NCBI GenBank assembly: GCA_026026165.1
Contig: JAPEUD010000010.1
Location: forward strand, 186,001-250,000
Length of the DNA: 64,000 nucleotides
Direction of reading: 5' to 3'
Source of the DNA: Sarea resinae
Taxonomy: Eukaryota
Each line of letters begins with the position of its first letter. Position 1 is the first letter of the stretch. Shown piece after piece: positions 12,463 through 23,959 of this stretch. The notes under the pieces were generated by a model, which worked only from the letters and a program-made list of their open reading frames with translations, had not been told where the DNA came from and searched no databases. Made by a program: the position numbers and the translations under genes.

Positions 12463-15427
12463 ATGGCCCAGGACAAGATGCTGCTAGAAGATTGTGAGTA
12501 AGCTCGGAGATCGTAACAGGCTATGCAGATCCTGCTCGGCGCTGCAAGTGAGGGGAGCTTCGATGGGCTCTAGTAGATGAAGCCATGCTCTGGATCTTGC
12601 TGGCAGAGAGGGGAATCACCATAGCTAATGCTGGCTGTCTGTAGGGTTGGACGATCTGTGTGTCCGCTTCATCATCAACCTTCCCCAGGAAGAACTCGAA
12701 TCAGTGGAACGAATATGCTTTCAGGTCGAGGAGGCTCAATGGTTCTACGAGGACTTCATCCGCCCTCTCCACCCTGAGCTGCCTACAATGTCCCTGCGTA
12801 CTTTCTGTCTGAGAATATTTCAACACTGCCCTCTCCTGTCGCAATTCTCATCGTACCATCATTCGACTGCATTCTCGGAGTTTTTGGCATATAAAACACG
12901 GGTTCCTGTCCGAGGAGCTATCATGCTGAATGAGTCCATGGATGAAGTAGTACTCGTCAAGGGATGGAAGAAAGGCGCTAATTGGAGCTTTCCGCGGGGA
13001 AAGATTAACAAGGACGAAAAAGATCTCGACTGTGCTGTTCGGGAAGTATATGAAGAGACTGGTTTCGACGTGAGGGAAGCTGGATTAATATCTGACGAGA
13101 TCGAGACCAAGTATATCGAGATCACCATGAGGGAGCAGCATATGCGTTTGTACGTCTTCCGAGGTGTGCCGATGGACACACACTTCGAACCAAGAACGAG
13201 GAAAGAGATCAGTGTAAGAGAAGCTTGCCATGCCTGCCAGCAACGTCTGCTGATTGTTTTGTAGAAAATTGAGTGGTATAAGCTATCTGAGCTACCTACC
13301 TACAAGAAAAACCGGCAGAACCAACAACGTGAAGAGGAACTAGCTGGACAACATAATAGATTCTACATGGTCGCGCCTTTTCTCATACCACTCAAGAAAT
13401 GGATTGCACAGCAGCGTAAGGAGGATGTGCGTCGTGGAATGTATAGTGAACAGTCTACGGTAACAGCTGTTGCCGAGGACCCATTGACCGAAAACGAAGC
13501 AACTACCGCAAATGAAACTCATTCGACCAGCGGAGATCTGGACCGACTTCTGGCAGTGATGCGCCAGTCAGCTTCACGCCAAGTATCCAGTGATCTTCCT
13601 GAGGTTTCAGACACGGACAAATCGACCCAAGAAGCATCAGCAGAGCTCAAGCGTCTCCTAAGCATTTCAAAGCCTCAGCAGCAACCGGATGCCCCATCTA
13701 TACAACCTCGAACTGTGGATCCCGATACAGCAAAATCGAGTGCGCTCCTGGCTCTGCTGCGCAGTTCGAACGACAGCTCAAGGGTCGCGCCACAAGGCGT
13801 CCCTCCACCTCAGACACCATTCGAGCAAATGAACACTGCGCCGAGTGTTCCAGGATCACCACATCACCATCACGCTCGGTCACCTCAATTTTCCTCTCTA
13901 CCGCCCCCGCCATCTTTTCCCTTTCCGCCCTCTGGACAGGCTCACTTGCAACAACAAGTCTGGCCGGCGCAATACAGACAGATGGCACCTCAGCCACATC
14001 AAGCAGCCGTTCAGGCAAGAGTCTCCGGTCCGAATATGCAACCTTATGCACAGCAACCTTTGTCGCACGCAAGACTAGAATCCCAGAGCATCTCACCGAC
14101 AGATCCTCGTGCTCAGCGCCCAATGCCGTCCTCAACTCCGTCACAACCACAACACGGTCCTCAGTCTTATCAAACTTCAAATCCCGGCTACATTCATATT
14201 CCAGAGTTTCCAAACCTCCACTCTCCAGCACTTCCACCGACTCCACGCATACCGCCGCCAAAGCTTACCACTCATTCTATGGCATTGCTCAATGCTTTGA
14301 AGAGTGGCAAGTCCTCCGACTCAGCCGGCAGACACGCGGTCGCTCAATCCCGATCAGCTCGCTCCGGTCCCACTACTTTTCCGGATGAGACCAGGAAAGT
14401 CGAGAAGTCAGGCCCAACGCCAACAGCCACCTCAAACGATTCTCAGCATCATGCAAATTCGAATCAGACTGACGCCACGCACGAGAATAAGGTCGCCTCT
14501 CCAGGTCAAGGACTTCCAGCCACAGGAGCCTCGGAATCTAAATCCTCTCACCAGAACTCATTGCTGGCCCTCTTCAAGAGTCCATCTACTTCTTCGCCAA
14601 GCTTAGCCAAAGAGCCTGCTTCTGGAAATGACCTTTCATTACCTCCAGTTGAGCTACCTGCTATGTCTAGCCCTGGAGTTGGCACTCGCGCTGCTGCTTC
14701 ACCAAAACCTGTTGCATCATCTCGCGCTGTCCCCAAGGCCGTGATTCCTGCTGTCGACCAGACGGATTCGCCGGTCTCTCCGCTATCTGCCCCGCATCGT
14801 CAAAACTCGGCCCCGCTATCCAGGCCTCCAAGCGTGCCTCAATATAGAATACTATCTCGGAATAAAGAAGAACGACAATCCGTCAATGGCACTCCAACTG
14901 AAAGATTCACGCCAGGAAACCAGAATTCCTCACGGATCTCAATCTTGCAGAGGCCCTCGAAGGCTACCAAGCCAGACGGTACCGAAAAACTTGGTGCGCT
15001 TCAGAACGAAGGGTCGAAGGTTGCAGGCCCAGAAAAGACAGAAAAGACAAAGCCCGCGGAAGTGCAAATTCTTCGCAGACCTTCCCAGCCGTCGCAAAAT
15101 TTGTCGTTTGATCGCCGGAGCAGCCAAACTGGTGAGCGGAAACAGGCTCTACTATCGCTATTTGGGAAATCTACAGTCGCTTCCCCGCCACCAGAAGCTT
15201 CTGCTACCATTAGCCCCCTGACCCCGCTATCAGAAAAGGCCCCACAAGTAGATGCATTCCAGGAGTTGCCGAGATCGAAGCTGGGTAGCTTCACCTCGAC
15301 TCCAAGTCGGCATTCGCCGGCCTTGTCTCAATCTGGGAGCAGACCACAGACGCCGAACACGCCCGCGGAGAACAGGCTTTTCTTGCTCGGATATTTGGAG
15401 GGAGTTGCTAAGAGTGCCAGGCGTTGA
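12463..15427 (+). CDS. DCP2: mRNA decapping enzyme catalytic subunit Dcp2
   Basis: MAQDKMLLEDW|LDDLCVRFIINLP (intron 12494-12644). Box A ERICFQVEEAQWFYEDFIRP. Nudix box GKINKDEKDLDCAVREVYEETG. Second intron about 13214-13264. Long disordered C-terminus. Confidence 0.96.
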
Positions 15428-15790
15428 TCATGAGTGGATAAACCTTCGCTATAGAAAGCTGTAATTGCCGTCTGGAATGGCGTTGGAGAATTATATTCAT
15501 GTCTGCATAGCACTGGAAGTCTAGCTTATGGAATTGGAACAAGGTTTCTCATGACGGTATAGCATGAAGTCCGTAAACGAATCAATATTTATTCCGCTAA
15601 GCCCGCTTCTCACTAATCCGGTGTCGAAATATGATGAGACGTGATGAGAAATTGATTTGGAAATTGCGAATTTCGTCTTTGATTGTTGTGATGACTAGTC
15701 AAAAGTTTTGGGGTCCCGCGTGCCTCAACCAAGTTGCGGATACAGCTGGATGAGAGCCCTCGAGAAGTCAGTTTTTCGACATCCATTCTG

Positions 15791-17531
15791 ATGCAAATGG
15801 CTCCTATCGGCGAGACTAGCAACCACTCTCCCTTGCCGCTTTCTGAAGTGCAGCTTGCTTTGGCGCTGGCGATAATCAGGTCAAGGCCTGTCGGATTCTC
15901 TACCAAGGGCATTACTTTCTTTCCAGTACGAAGGACTGACCAGCTTTGCTAACGCAGAAGGCTACAGATTTCATCTCTGACTTATGCCAGAACATCAAGA
16001 ACGGAAAGCCAGACGGGGACCTGCATATCGACAGTGTCACTTTCTGGAAAGATGCCTTTGTCAAAGCAGAGGCGGCACAGACCGAGCTTCGAGACAGAAA
16101 CTTCGAGCTAGAGCGGCGAATTGATGTCCTTGAATCTCAATTGAAGCCTGCGGAGCTGACCGCGTCTGATCCTCGGCCGAGTGCAAAACGCAAGGGAAGC
16201 ACGATTGATGGTCTCACGGCAAATGAGAGACCGAAGAAGAATGCCAAAAGGGATATGATTCAGCCACCTAGCTTGAGCTTGCCTGCCAGTCCCGGCGCTG
16301 CCGAAGATTATTACAGTGAGCCTGCTAGCCTCCAGCATAGTCAGTGGCCGATCCATACCGTATCTTACTATATGAGGCTGATGTGCTTTGTTTTTTGAGA
16401 ACAGGCACTGCTGTTCTGCGTCACTTATATAGCCTTCAACGACTCTTACAGCTAAGGAAGCTTGACGCTCCCCTCATCTCTTGCACTTTGTGTATGCTGG
16501 CTTCTGAGCTGGCCGCCAACATTGAAGCACAGTGCCTTTCGCCGTCTATGTTCCCGGCAGATACCCCCGGCACAGCCAGCTTGGCTCGGCGGACGAAACC
16601 TACAAAGCAGAGTTCCTCTGACAGTCCGATGAGCGATTCTACTTCTACAGCTGATTTCAGAGCACTGATACGACTACTCCCATTCCTATTCAAGGGCTTA
16701 GATAGGCTTCCCAAATGTGATCCGGTAGGAAAATTCACAGGAACTGTTGTCTACAGCCTAGTGGACCTCTACAGGCGAGTTTTGGGTTGCTTCCACACTT
16801 ACTCTGCAGCCGCAGAGATCCACGATCGTGAAACAAGCGCCAAAAAGGGTGCGAGGCCTCTGAAAAGCAAAGGGCAAGCAAAACCCCTTAATGTTGACCC
16901 GACTGCTAAGGCAACGCGAGATGATTATTGCGACGGCCTGGCTGCTTTCCTCGAGGCAATGTTAGGCAGCCTTGATTTTTCGAGCTCCGTCCATAAAGAC
17001 CTCTTAGATGGGTTCCTTTTCGTCTTACTTGACCGCATTGGAAAACGATTGTATGGCTTTGTGTTCCAAGAGGAGCACAGTCAAGTACTGAGAAACGAGT
17101 CAACACCTCCTACTCGACTTGACCGAAACGGCCTACGAAAGACCAAGCCTGAGTCGCAAGTGACTAGAGCAGAAGCCTGCTATCTGATCAAGCTCTTGAA
17201 ACATGCAATGACATTTTGTTGCCATAAGAGCGGTAGCAACAAGAGCATTCCCGCCTCGGTCAACCCGACTTTTGTCCTGAAGAATTCGTTACCAGAGAAC
17301 GTCGTAAGGCGTCTCCAGAATACCCTTGTTCAAGCTATCTTCGGTGGAGATGACGATGCGTTTCGCGACGTGCTGATAATGCCGGCAGGTCCGGAGGACC
17401 TCCCAGTGGCTCAACCCCAGCTCGAAGAGGAAGATATTGCACAATGGTACACACGCGAGGTCTGGAGTGTGCTGGGTTGGGAGGTGCTTGCCTTGGCGGA
17501 TGGCCAAGATGATTCAGACGCCCTTCATTGA
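15791..17531 (+). CDS. Hypothetical protein with N-terminal coiled coil (probably 3 exons)
   Basis: QLALALAIIRSRPVGFSTK|DFISDL...IDSVTFWKDAFVKAEAAQTELRDR; intron 16340-16404; long exon ending WYTREVWSVLGWEVL. First intron boundary is uncertain (possible GC donor at 15909). Confidence 0.7.
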
Positions 17532-17687
17532 ATGATTTGAACGATTAAAGACCTAAAATGGCGCATTGAGAGTTCAAAGTTCGAGTCAATTGCTACCAAA
17601 AAATGACAGACAGAGATACAGGCTACGGAATAAGGCTCGCTGAAAGGAATGATGAAAGGAGATCTAGCCTTTGGCTAGTATTCCTTC

Positions 17688-18820
17688 TCAATACGTGGCT
17701 GCTAGCCTTTGCACCAAATACTGCCCGCTATTAATTCCACTGTACTTTTTCGGTTCCTTCTCATCCGTCCCCGGAATGACATCAATGAATTTGTCAAAAT
17801 TTGGATTGCAGAAGTAAGCAATTGAATACCTTGCGGGATACTCATCTGTCTCGGGCGGCGTGGGTGGCTCGATAACTCTGTGCAAAGTGCTCTTGATGGT
17901 GTCGTTGGACCATCTTGCCAACAGATCACCGGCATTGATAACGATGGTGTCTGGGATTGGGGTAGCGTTGACATAAGTGCCTTTGGGACTCTTGACCTGC
18001 AAGCCACCACGCATGTCCTGGAAAAGTAAGGTGATTGACCCTGCCATTTATCAGTCAATTATCTGGTCTCGAAGATGGTCGTACCATGAACTCACCATAG
18101 TCGGAATGTTCTCCCGCGCGGACCTGCCCCTGATTCTTGACGAAAGCACTTTTATGCACCGCAGGATAGTGCAGCAATCTCAGCGTATTATCACCTCCAT
18201 CTGTATAGGTGTCGAAATAGTTCTCGTGCAATCCCAATGCCAGTGCGATTGCCTGCATGACTTGCATATGCAAGTCCTTGCACTGCTCAAAGAACCCCAG
18301 CATCACCTTCTTAAACACCTTGCCCTCTTCGTCGTAGCCATCGGGCCAATTGTTCGGGTGGCCCTCCTCTCCTTCTCGCCCAATCTCCAGACTTTCTTTC
18401 AAGTCCGGATTCCGTGCCCGCAGCTTCTCGACGGCATCTTTGTCGCCCAGCTGGGTCACCTTCTCCCGCCCGTGCGTCACGTAGCCCCTGTTGCTCTCAG
18501 GGGTCGTCCACGCTAGCGCGTCCTTCTGCTCTGCCGGGCGGGCGAAGAACTTGGCGCTCTCTGCGAATGTGCGCGAGACGGATTCGGTGGGGATACCGTG
18601 ATTCTTGAGGTAGATGAAACCCGCGGTTTGGAAGCCGGCGAGAATGGTGTGGGCTGCCTGCGCTTTGTCTCGAGGGGTGCCGTGGAGGAAGAGCGAGAAG
18701 TCAATGAGCTGGGAAAACGTTCGTCAGCAATTTCTCCACGCAGCAAGCATAGCTCCTACAGACCGGAATGACTAGATTATCCTGCGCGACGGCCGCATCG
18801 ACGGGTGCTATGGGAGCCAT
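17688..18820 (-). CDS. Thymine-7-hydroxylase (thymine dioxygenase), Fe(II)/2-oxoglutarate oxygenase
   Basis: LVIP|LIDFSLFL, GFQTAGFIYLKNHGI, WTTPESNRGY, GREKVTQL, KESLEIGRE, LRLLHYP, RAGEHSDYG|SITLLFQD (HxD), STLHRV, RYSIAYFCNPN, YLVQRLAATY. Closely resembles Neurospora T7H as I recall it, and the neighbouring IDCase supports the call. Confidence 0.9.
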
Positions 18821-19024
18821 GTTGATGCTTTTCCTGATAGGGTAAAGATCGGAGGTTACGAATAGATGTACTGGTGCTGGTACTGTGTAGTCTCGCACTT
18901 CATCCAGCTTCGTCGCTTTCGCCCGACGAGAGATCAGCCCGTCCTTTATATCTTGCCCTCATGCCGGCACTTGGCAATTCAAGGTTTCACGGTGTCAGCC
19001 GATGTCCGGGTGCAGTTGCTCCAG

Positions 19025-19146
19025 CTGGAGAAGGATGCCGATAGGGAGAGAGGAAGACGGATGCGACAGAGAGATAAGGGGCGGGGTTGTACGAAGTATC
19101 CTGTCATCTTATCTCCGGTCGGGGTCTCTGATACGGGATGGCGGGG
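19025..19146. promoter_or_regulatory. GATA (AreA/NIT2-type) and SYGGRG (CreA-type) site cluster in the T7H/IDCase bidirectional promoter
   Basis: GATAGG 19040, GATAAG 19073, TATC 19097, CTTATC 19108, GATA 19130; CTGGAG 19025, GCGGGG 19081 and 19141. Confidence 0.45.
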
Positions 19147-19398
19147 TCGGACTCCTTTCGTACTCCTCGAACGGAGGATCGAACAAATGGAAACAGCAAG
19201 ACCATGATGCAGGTACACTTCTACAGCCCAGAAGCATACTGTCGAGAGAACGGCAGTTGTCCGCCGAAAGAGGTTGTTTCAGCGCATAAAGGCCTCTGGG
19301 TTGGTTTCCTTCACAGCACACACATCTAGGGCTTCAACACCGGCGACAATAACCTCTATTTCATCTCTTTCAGAAGCAAAGCGCCTGTACCAGCAAAC

Positions 19399-20678
19399 AT
19401 GGCCTCCTCCCTGAAAATCCCCATCGTGGACATCCACACCCACTTCTACCCGCCCACGTTCATGAACCTGCTCACCACCCGCACCACCCTCCCCTACGTC
19501 CGCCATTTCCCCTCGACCCCCTCCTCCACCACCACCTCTCCGCGCCTTATCATCCTTCCCGGCGAAGAGGATTCATACTCCCCCTCAGACCCGACCTCGC
19601 CGCCCCCAGGCCGACCCCTGGGCCCAGACTACCATGACATCCAAAGCAAAATCGCCTTCATGGACACCCACGGCATCGACACGTCCGTCATCAGTCTCGC
19701 GAACCCCTGGCTCGACTTCCTCTCGCAGCGCGAAGCCGGCCCGGCCGCCCGAGCCGTCAACGACGAACTGAACGACCTCTGCGCCCAGCACCCGGGCCGC
19801 CTGTTTGCGTTCGGCGCACTCCCGCTCTCGGGCGGGACCGAGACCATCGTCGCCGAGATCGAGCGGCTAAGCACCATGCGGTATATGCGCGGCGTCATCA
19901 TCGGCACGTCGGGCCTGGGCCAGGGCCTCGATGACCTCGCCCTCGATCCCATCTACGCGGCTCTGCAAACGACCAAGACGCTGGTGTTTCTGCACCCGCA
20001 CTACGGCCTCCCTGCCTCGGTCTACGGCCCGCGAGCCGCCGAGTACGGACACGTGCTCCCTCTTGCGCTGGGATTCCCGCTCGAGACCACGATCGCGGTC
20101 GCCAGGATGGTGCTGAGCGGGGTATGGGATAGGTTCGCGGGGCTGAAGGTGCTGCTGGCTCACAGCGGGGGCACTCTCCCGTTCCTGGCAGGCAGGATCG
20201 AGAGCTGCATCCTGCACGACGGGGTATTGATGGGCGAGGGAAGGGAAAAGGCCAGGACGAGCGTCTGGGATATTCTCCGGGACAACATCTACCTCGACGC
20301 GGTCGTCTACTCGGAGGTCGGGCTGCGGGCGGCCGTGCAAGCCTCGGGGGCAGACCGTGTTTTGTTCGGTGAGTTAAGTCGCAGACCTTACCAGCCCGGG
20401 CCCCCCCCCCCCCTATAGGGAAGACTGACATGCTAAACACACACACACGCACACAAGGGACCGACCATCCTTTCTTCCCCCCCGTAGCTCAGGAAGAAGA
20501 AGAAGAAATCCCAGCGCCCGCGAAGCCGTCGAAATGGCTGAGCGTCACGACCAACTATCGCGCCATCCAGGCCGCCTTTCCGACCTTCCACGATCCAGAC
20601 CACCCGAACGCGGCGGCGGCTCGCGACGTGCTGGGCGGGAACGCCGTGCGCATCCTGAGACTGGATGAGGGTGTATGA
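19399..20678 (+). CDS. Uracil-5-carboxylate (isoorotate) decarboxylase, amidohydrolase-2 family
   Basis: VDIHTHFYP (HxH metal site), KIAFMDTHGIDTSVISLANPWLDF, FLHPHYGLP, YGHVLPLALGFPLETTIAV, LAHSGGTLPFLAGRIESCI, YLDAVVY, LFG|TDHPFFPP (intron about 20369-20457), LGGNAVRIL. Confidence 0.93.
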
Positions 20679-20989
20679 TTGCATGGATCCCATTGCGCAA
20701 CTACCTCGAGTGAGGCACACATCATCATAGAGTACCGGCGTGCCCAAAAATTACCACCAATTTCCATTCCCGGTTTAAGAAAAGAGTGAGAAACAAAATG
20801 CAAACAATCAATTCATCCACGGTTCAGTGAAGGCGTGAAAAAGCAGAACCGGCCGACCTTTCGGTCTTTTCGTCGTAAACTTCTTCCGTCTTCAATAAAG
20901 TTATTTGAAGCATACCCATACCAACCACCAGCACGACGGATTCAAAATCGCATTGCATCCTGTCTGTCAGTCAGATCATCTAGCTATAC

Positions 20990-22243
20990 TCGACCGACCG
21001 ACCGACCGACCAGCTGGCAGGCTCTCTCTCATCTACCTACCTCGTCCCTAAAAGAAAATGAGCCAGGCTCCAGATCCAATAGGGATTTCGCTACACTCTT
21101 AAGATCTTGAACTCATAGAAACATTTCGTCATCAACGTTCAGATGGTAGTGGTAGGTAAGGCAGGTACCATGGCCGTTTTGATATAATACCACCAGCAGC
21201 AGCAGCAGCACCTTGCGAGCTATCCACCCACCCTTCCTGAACATCGAAATATCTAGACCACACCATATCCAGCGCAGCACATCTAGCATAGGTACTTATA
21301 CCCTCACACACAGGGAGAGAGACAGTCCAGATATAAACTCCCCACTCATTCACTTCCCCTTCCACTCCCAGAATCTCTCGTCCCAATCCGGTGGTTTCTA
21401 TTTCCTTGTTCCTTGTTCCTGAAGCACTCGGCGCAACGCAAGCTCTAGCTGTCCTGTCACACTAAACCAAACAGACAGCTGTCAGTCAGGCCTGACCGGG
21501 CCGGACCGATATGTCGTACCTGTTCCTGTTCCTGTCCATGTTCCTGTCCCAGTCTCGGTCCCTGCTTCCGTTCCTGTTCCTGCCCCAAGAATAGATCAAG
21601 TAGATAGGGTAGACAGATAGATGAGGTAGAAAATGGGTAAGGGAAGGGGAGGATATAAATATACCCCCCATTACCCAACACACCCCACGCCCCCCCATAC
21701 CCCCCAGCTTTTCCCCTCAGCCTTGCCCTTGAACATCCATCTCTCGTATGCGCCCCGTTCTTCCGGTTATATTTCCGGCCTCTCGTCTCTGCCGTGCCAG
21801 TCATCCGCGGCTTTCTCCTCTCCTCTCCTCTTTTCTCCTCTCCTCTTTTCTCCTCTCCTCTTTTCTCCTCTCCTCTTTTCTCCTCTCCTCTTTTCTCGTC
21901 TCTTTTCTTCTTCTCTTGTCGGCCAGATTTCGCCATCATCGCGCGTGCCAAATAGCGCAATAAGAAAAGAAAAATAAAGGAAATCGAAACTGATAAGGCA
22001 TAAGACGTAATAATAGCATTTCCTACTTACTAGTCGACCACTACTTGACCACAACAAAACACAGCACAGCACAGCACAGCACAGCACAGCACAGCAAGCA
22101 GCACAGCGCTAGAGAAAAAACGAAAGCGGGCAGCCAAAAAAAAAACAAAAACAAAAAAAAAAAAACAAACCAACCAACCAACCAACCCCAAAAATATATA
22201 TAAAAAAAAAAACAACAACACTCACCCACCTACCCACCCATCC
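20990..22243. repeat. Microsatellite island 2
   Basis: (CGAC)n at about 20991, (CAG)n at about 21194, (CCTGTT)n at about 21518-21580, 15-mer CTCTCCTCTTTTCTC x5 at about 21817-21905, (ACAGC)n at 22060-22107, A-runs and (AACC)n at 22135-22240. Confidence 0.9.
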
Positions 22244-23959
22244 ATGCCGCCGCCCCCCTACTGGATCGCCAAACTCCAAGACCTGTGGCAGAACCGCCAC
22301 GCCCAGCGCGTCGTCGAGCGGAAAGAGCGCTGGGCTCTCTGCGACGGCTGCGACGAGTGGAACAGCACCGCGGATCTGCCGGGGGCTGGGGCTAGGGCTA
22401 GGGCCCAGCGGAGTTGGCACGTCCGCCATAGCTTTCGCGAGAATGTTCGGGATGAGCATGGGATCCTGCGTGGACGTGGACGTGGAAGTGGACGGGGACG
22501 TGGAAGTGGAGGGGGACGTGGAAATGGAAATGGAAATGAAAATGGAAGTGGACGTGGAAATGAAAATGGACATAAGAATAATGCACCCAATGGTCGCGAT
22601 GGTGACGACGGCCGAAATGATACGCGGAAGACCATCGGAAATAAAGACGGCGCTATGAGCCCAAACTGTCATGCTGCTCACAGTGACTATCATGGTGAAT
22701 ATCGCGGCAACTTTTACGGCCTTGAAAAAAAGAACCCACAGGAATGCCACGACAGATCCAGGCCCCAGACACGATTATGCCATGATGCCATGACAACACC
22801 ACCACCACTGCCAACACTGCCATTTCCTCTGCTCTCGTCATCAATCTCACCATCACCATCACCGGTACCCCCGCCAACGCCGCCGCCAAAATATCGCTCT
22901 CGAGGGCGCCAGTCAAGCGCCACAATCATTTCACCAACGAAGCCGCCACCACAGCCCAAGAAGATCTCACCCATCGATTCACTCCCTCCCGAAATCATCT
23001 ATCTTATGACCTTGTGCTTCCTTGCCGAGAGCAACGCCGCCCTCCTCGCCCTATGCAACCGCAGACTCTACACCATGATAGCGCCACAGCACTTCCGTAC
23101 GCTCAAGCGGGAGCAGCAGGGCGGCCTTCTCAAATCAAGGACGAAGTTCCTCACCCGGATCGCCAGGGACTTCCCTTGTTATTTGCTGTTCTGCCATACG
23201 TGCAACATCTTGCACCCGCGGCAGTACTGCATGGGGCCAAAGGACCACCCTATGCTGGATCGGTACGCGGACTGCGTATCGCGGGCAGGTGTGATCGATT
23301 ACTTCACTCAGTACTCCAAGCACTATGTCTTGAAACAGGCGCATATCAGACTGGCCATCGACGGAGCCACCCGCGGACATCGCTATGGCATGTCCCCTGC
23401 GCGTTTCAACACCGAAACGTATGCTCTGTGGCCGACGTTGCACAAAGGCTCGACGGGCCAGATGACAGCGCTTGTCTCGAGTAACAAGGAATTCCTGCTT
23501 CGGGCCAGATTCTCGCTGCTGATTCCCTGGCTTGATCCAGCATCCTCTGAATTCAAATCACGTCCAGAGCCTCATGTGCTCCGGGCCAAGGATTTCCTGG
23601 GAGGCAAGCTCGCCATCTGCCCCCATCAGAATTGTAAAAGTTGGGAAAAGTCGCTCTTGTTCCGCGTCATAGAATGCAGGCTATGCCACCTGGGCCTGGC
23701 CCCAAACAACAGCCCTTGTGCGCTTTGCCAAGGCCTCAAGCACTGTGCCTACTGCCCGACCGAGTTCATACTCGACGTTGAAGAACTCGGCTTCCGAGGA
23801 ACGCGATTCATCCTCACGGCATGGATGAATTACGGCTCTGGAAAATCGGACGACCCAAAATGGACGAGCCATCTTCTCTCCTCTAATCATCATCTCGAAA
23901 AGCCGAACCCCTTTCACTACGCTCTCGGGAGTATCCGGGAGGCATTTACGGACTATTGA
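22244..23959 (+). CDS. F-box-like domain protein with Cys-rich C-terminus and low-complexity N-terminus
   Basis: 571-aa ORF. IDSLPPEIIYLMTLCFL...ALLALCNRRLY (F-box-like), FLTRIARD...FCHTCNILH, ICPH, CAYCPTEF, TAWMNYG..DPKW. The true start may be an internal Met. Confidence 0.7.
   Translation: MPPPPYWIAKLQDLWQNRHAQRVVERKERWALCDGCDEWNSTADLPGAGARARAQRSWHVRHSFRENVRDEHGILRGRGRGSGRGRGSGGGRGNGNGNENGSGRGNENGHKNNAPNGRDGDDGRNDTRKTIGNKDGAMSPNCHAAHSDYHGEYRGNFYGLEKKNPQECHDRSRPQTRLCHDAMTTPPPLPTLPFPLLSSSISPSPSPVPPPTPPPKYRSRGRQSSATIISPTKPPPQPKKISPIDSLPPEIIYLMTLCFLAESNAALLALCNRRLYTMIAPQHFRTLKREQQGGLLKSRTKFLTRIARDFPCYLLFCHTCNILHPRQYCMGPKDHPMLDRYADCVSRAGVIDYFTQYSKHYVLKQAHIRLAIDGATRGHRYGMSPARFNTETYALWPTLHKGSTGQMTALVSSNKEFLLRARFSLLIPWLDPASSEFKSRPEPHVLRAKDFLGGKLAICPHQNCKSWEKSLLFRVIECRLCHLGLAPNNSPCALCQGLKHCAYCPTEFILDVEELGFRGTRFILTAWMNYGSGKSDDPKWTSHLLSSNHHLEKPNPFHYALGSIREAFTDY

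Noticed and set aside
21457..22229. ORFs with EEKRG, CCAVL and FSPLL repeats
   Set aside because: Open frames created by stop-free microsatellites; no coding signature.
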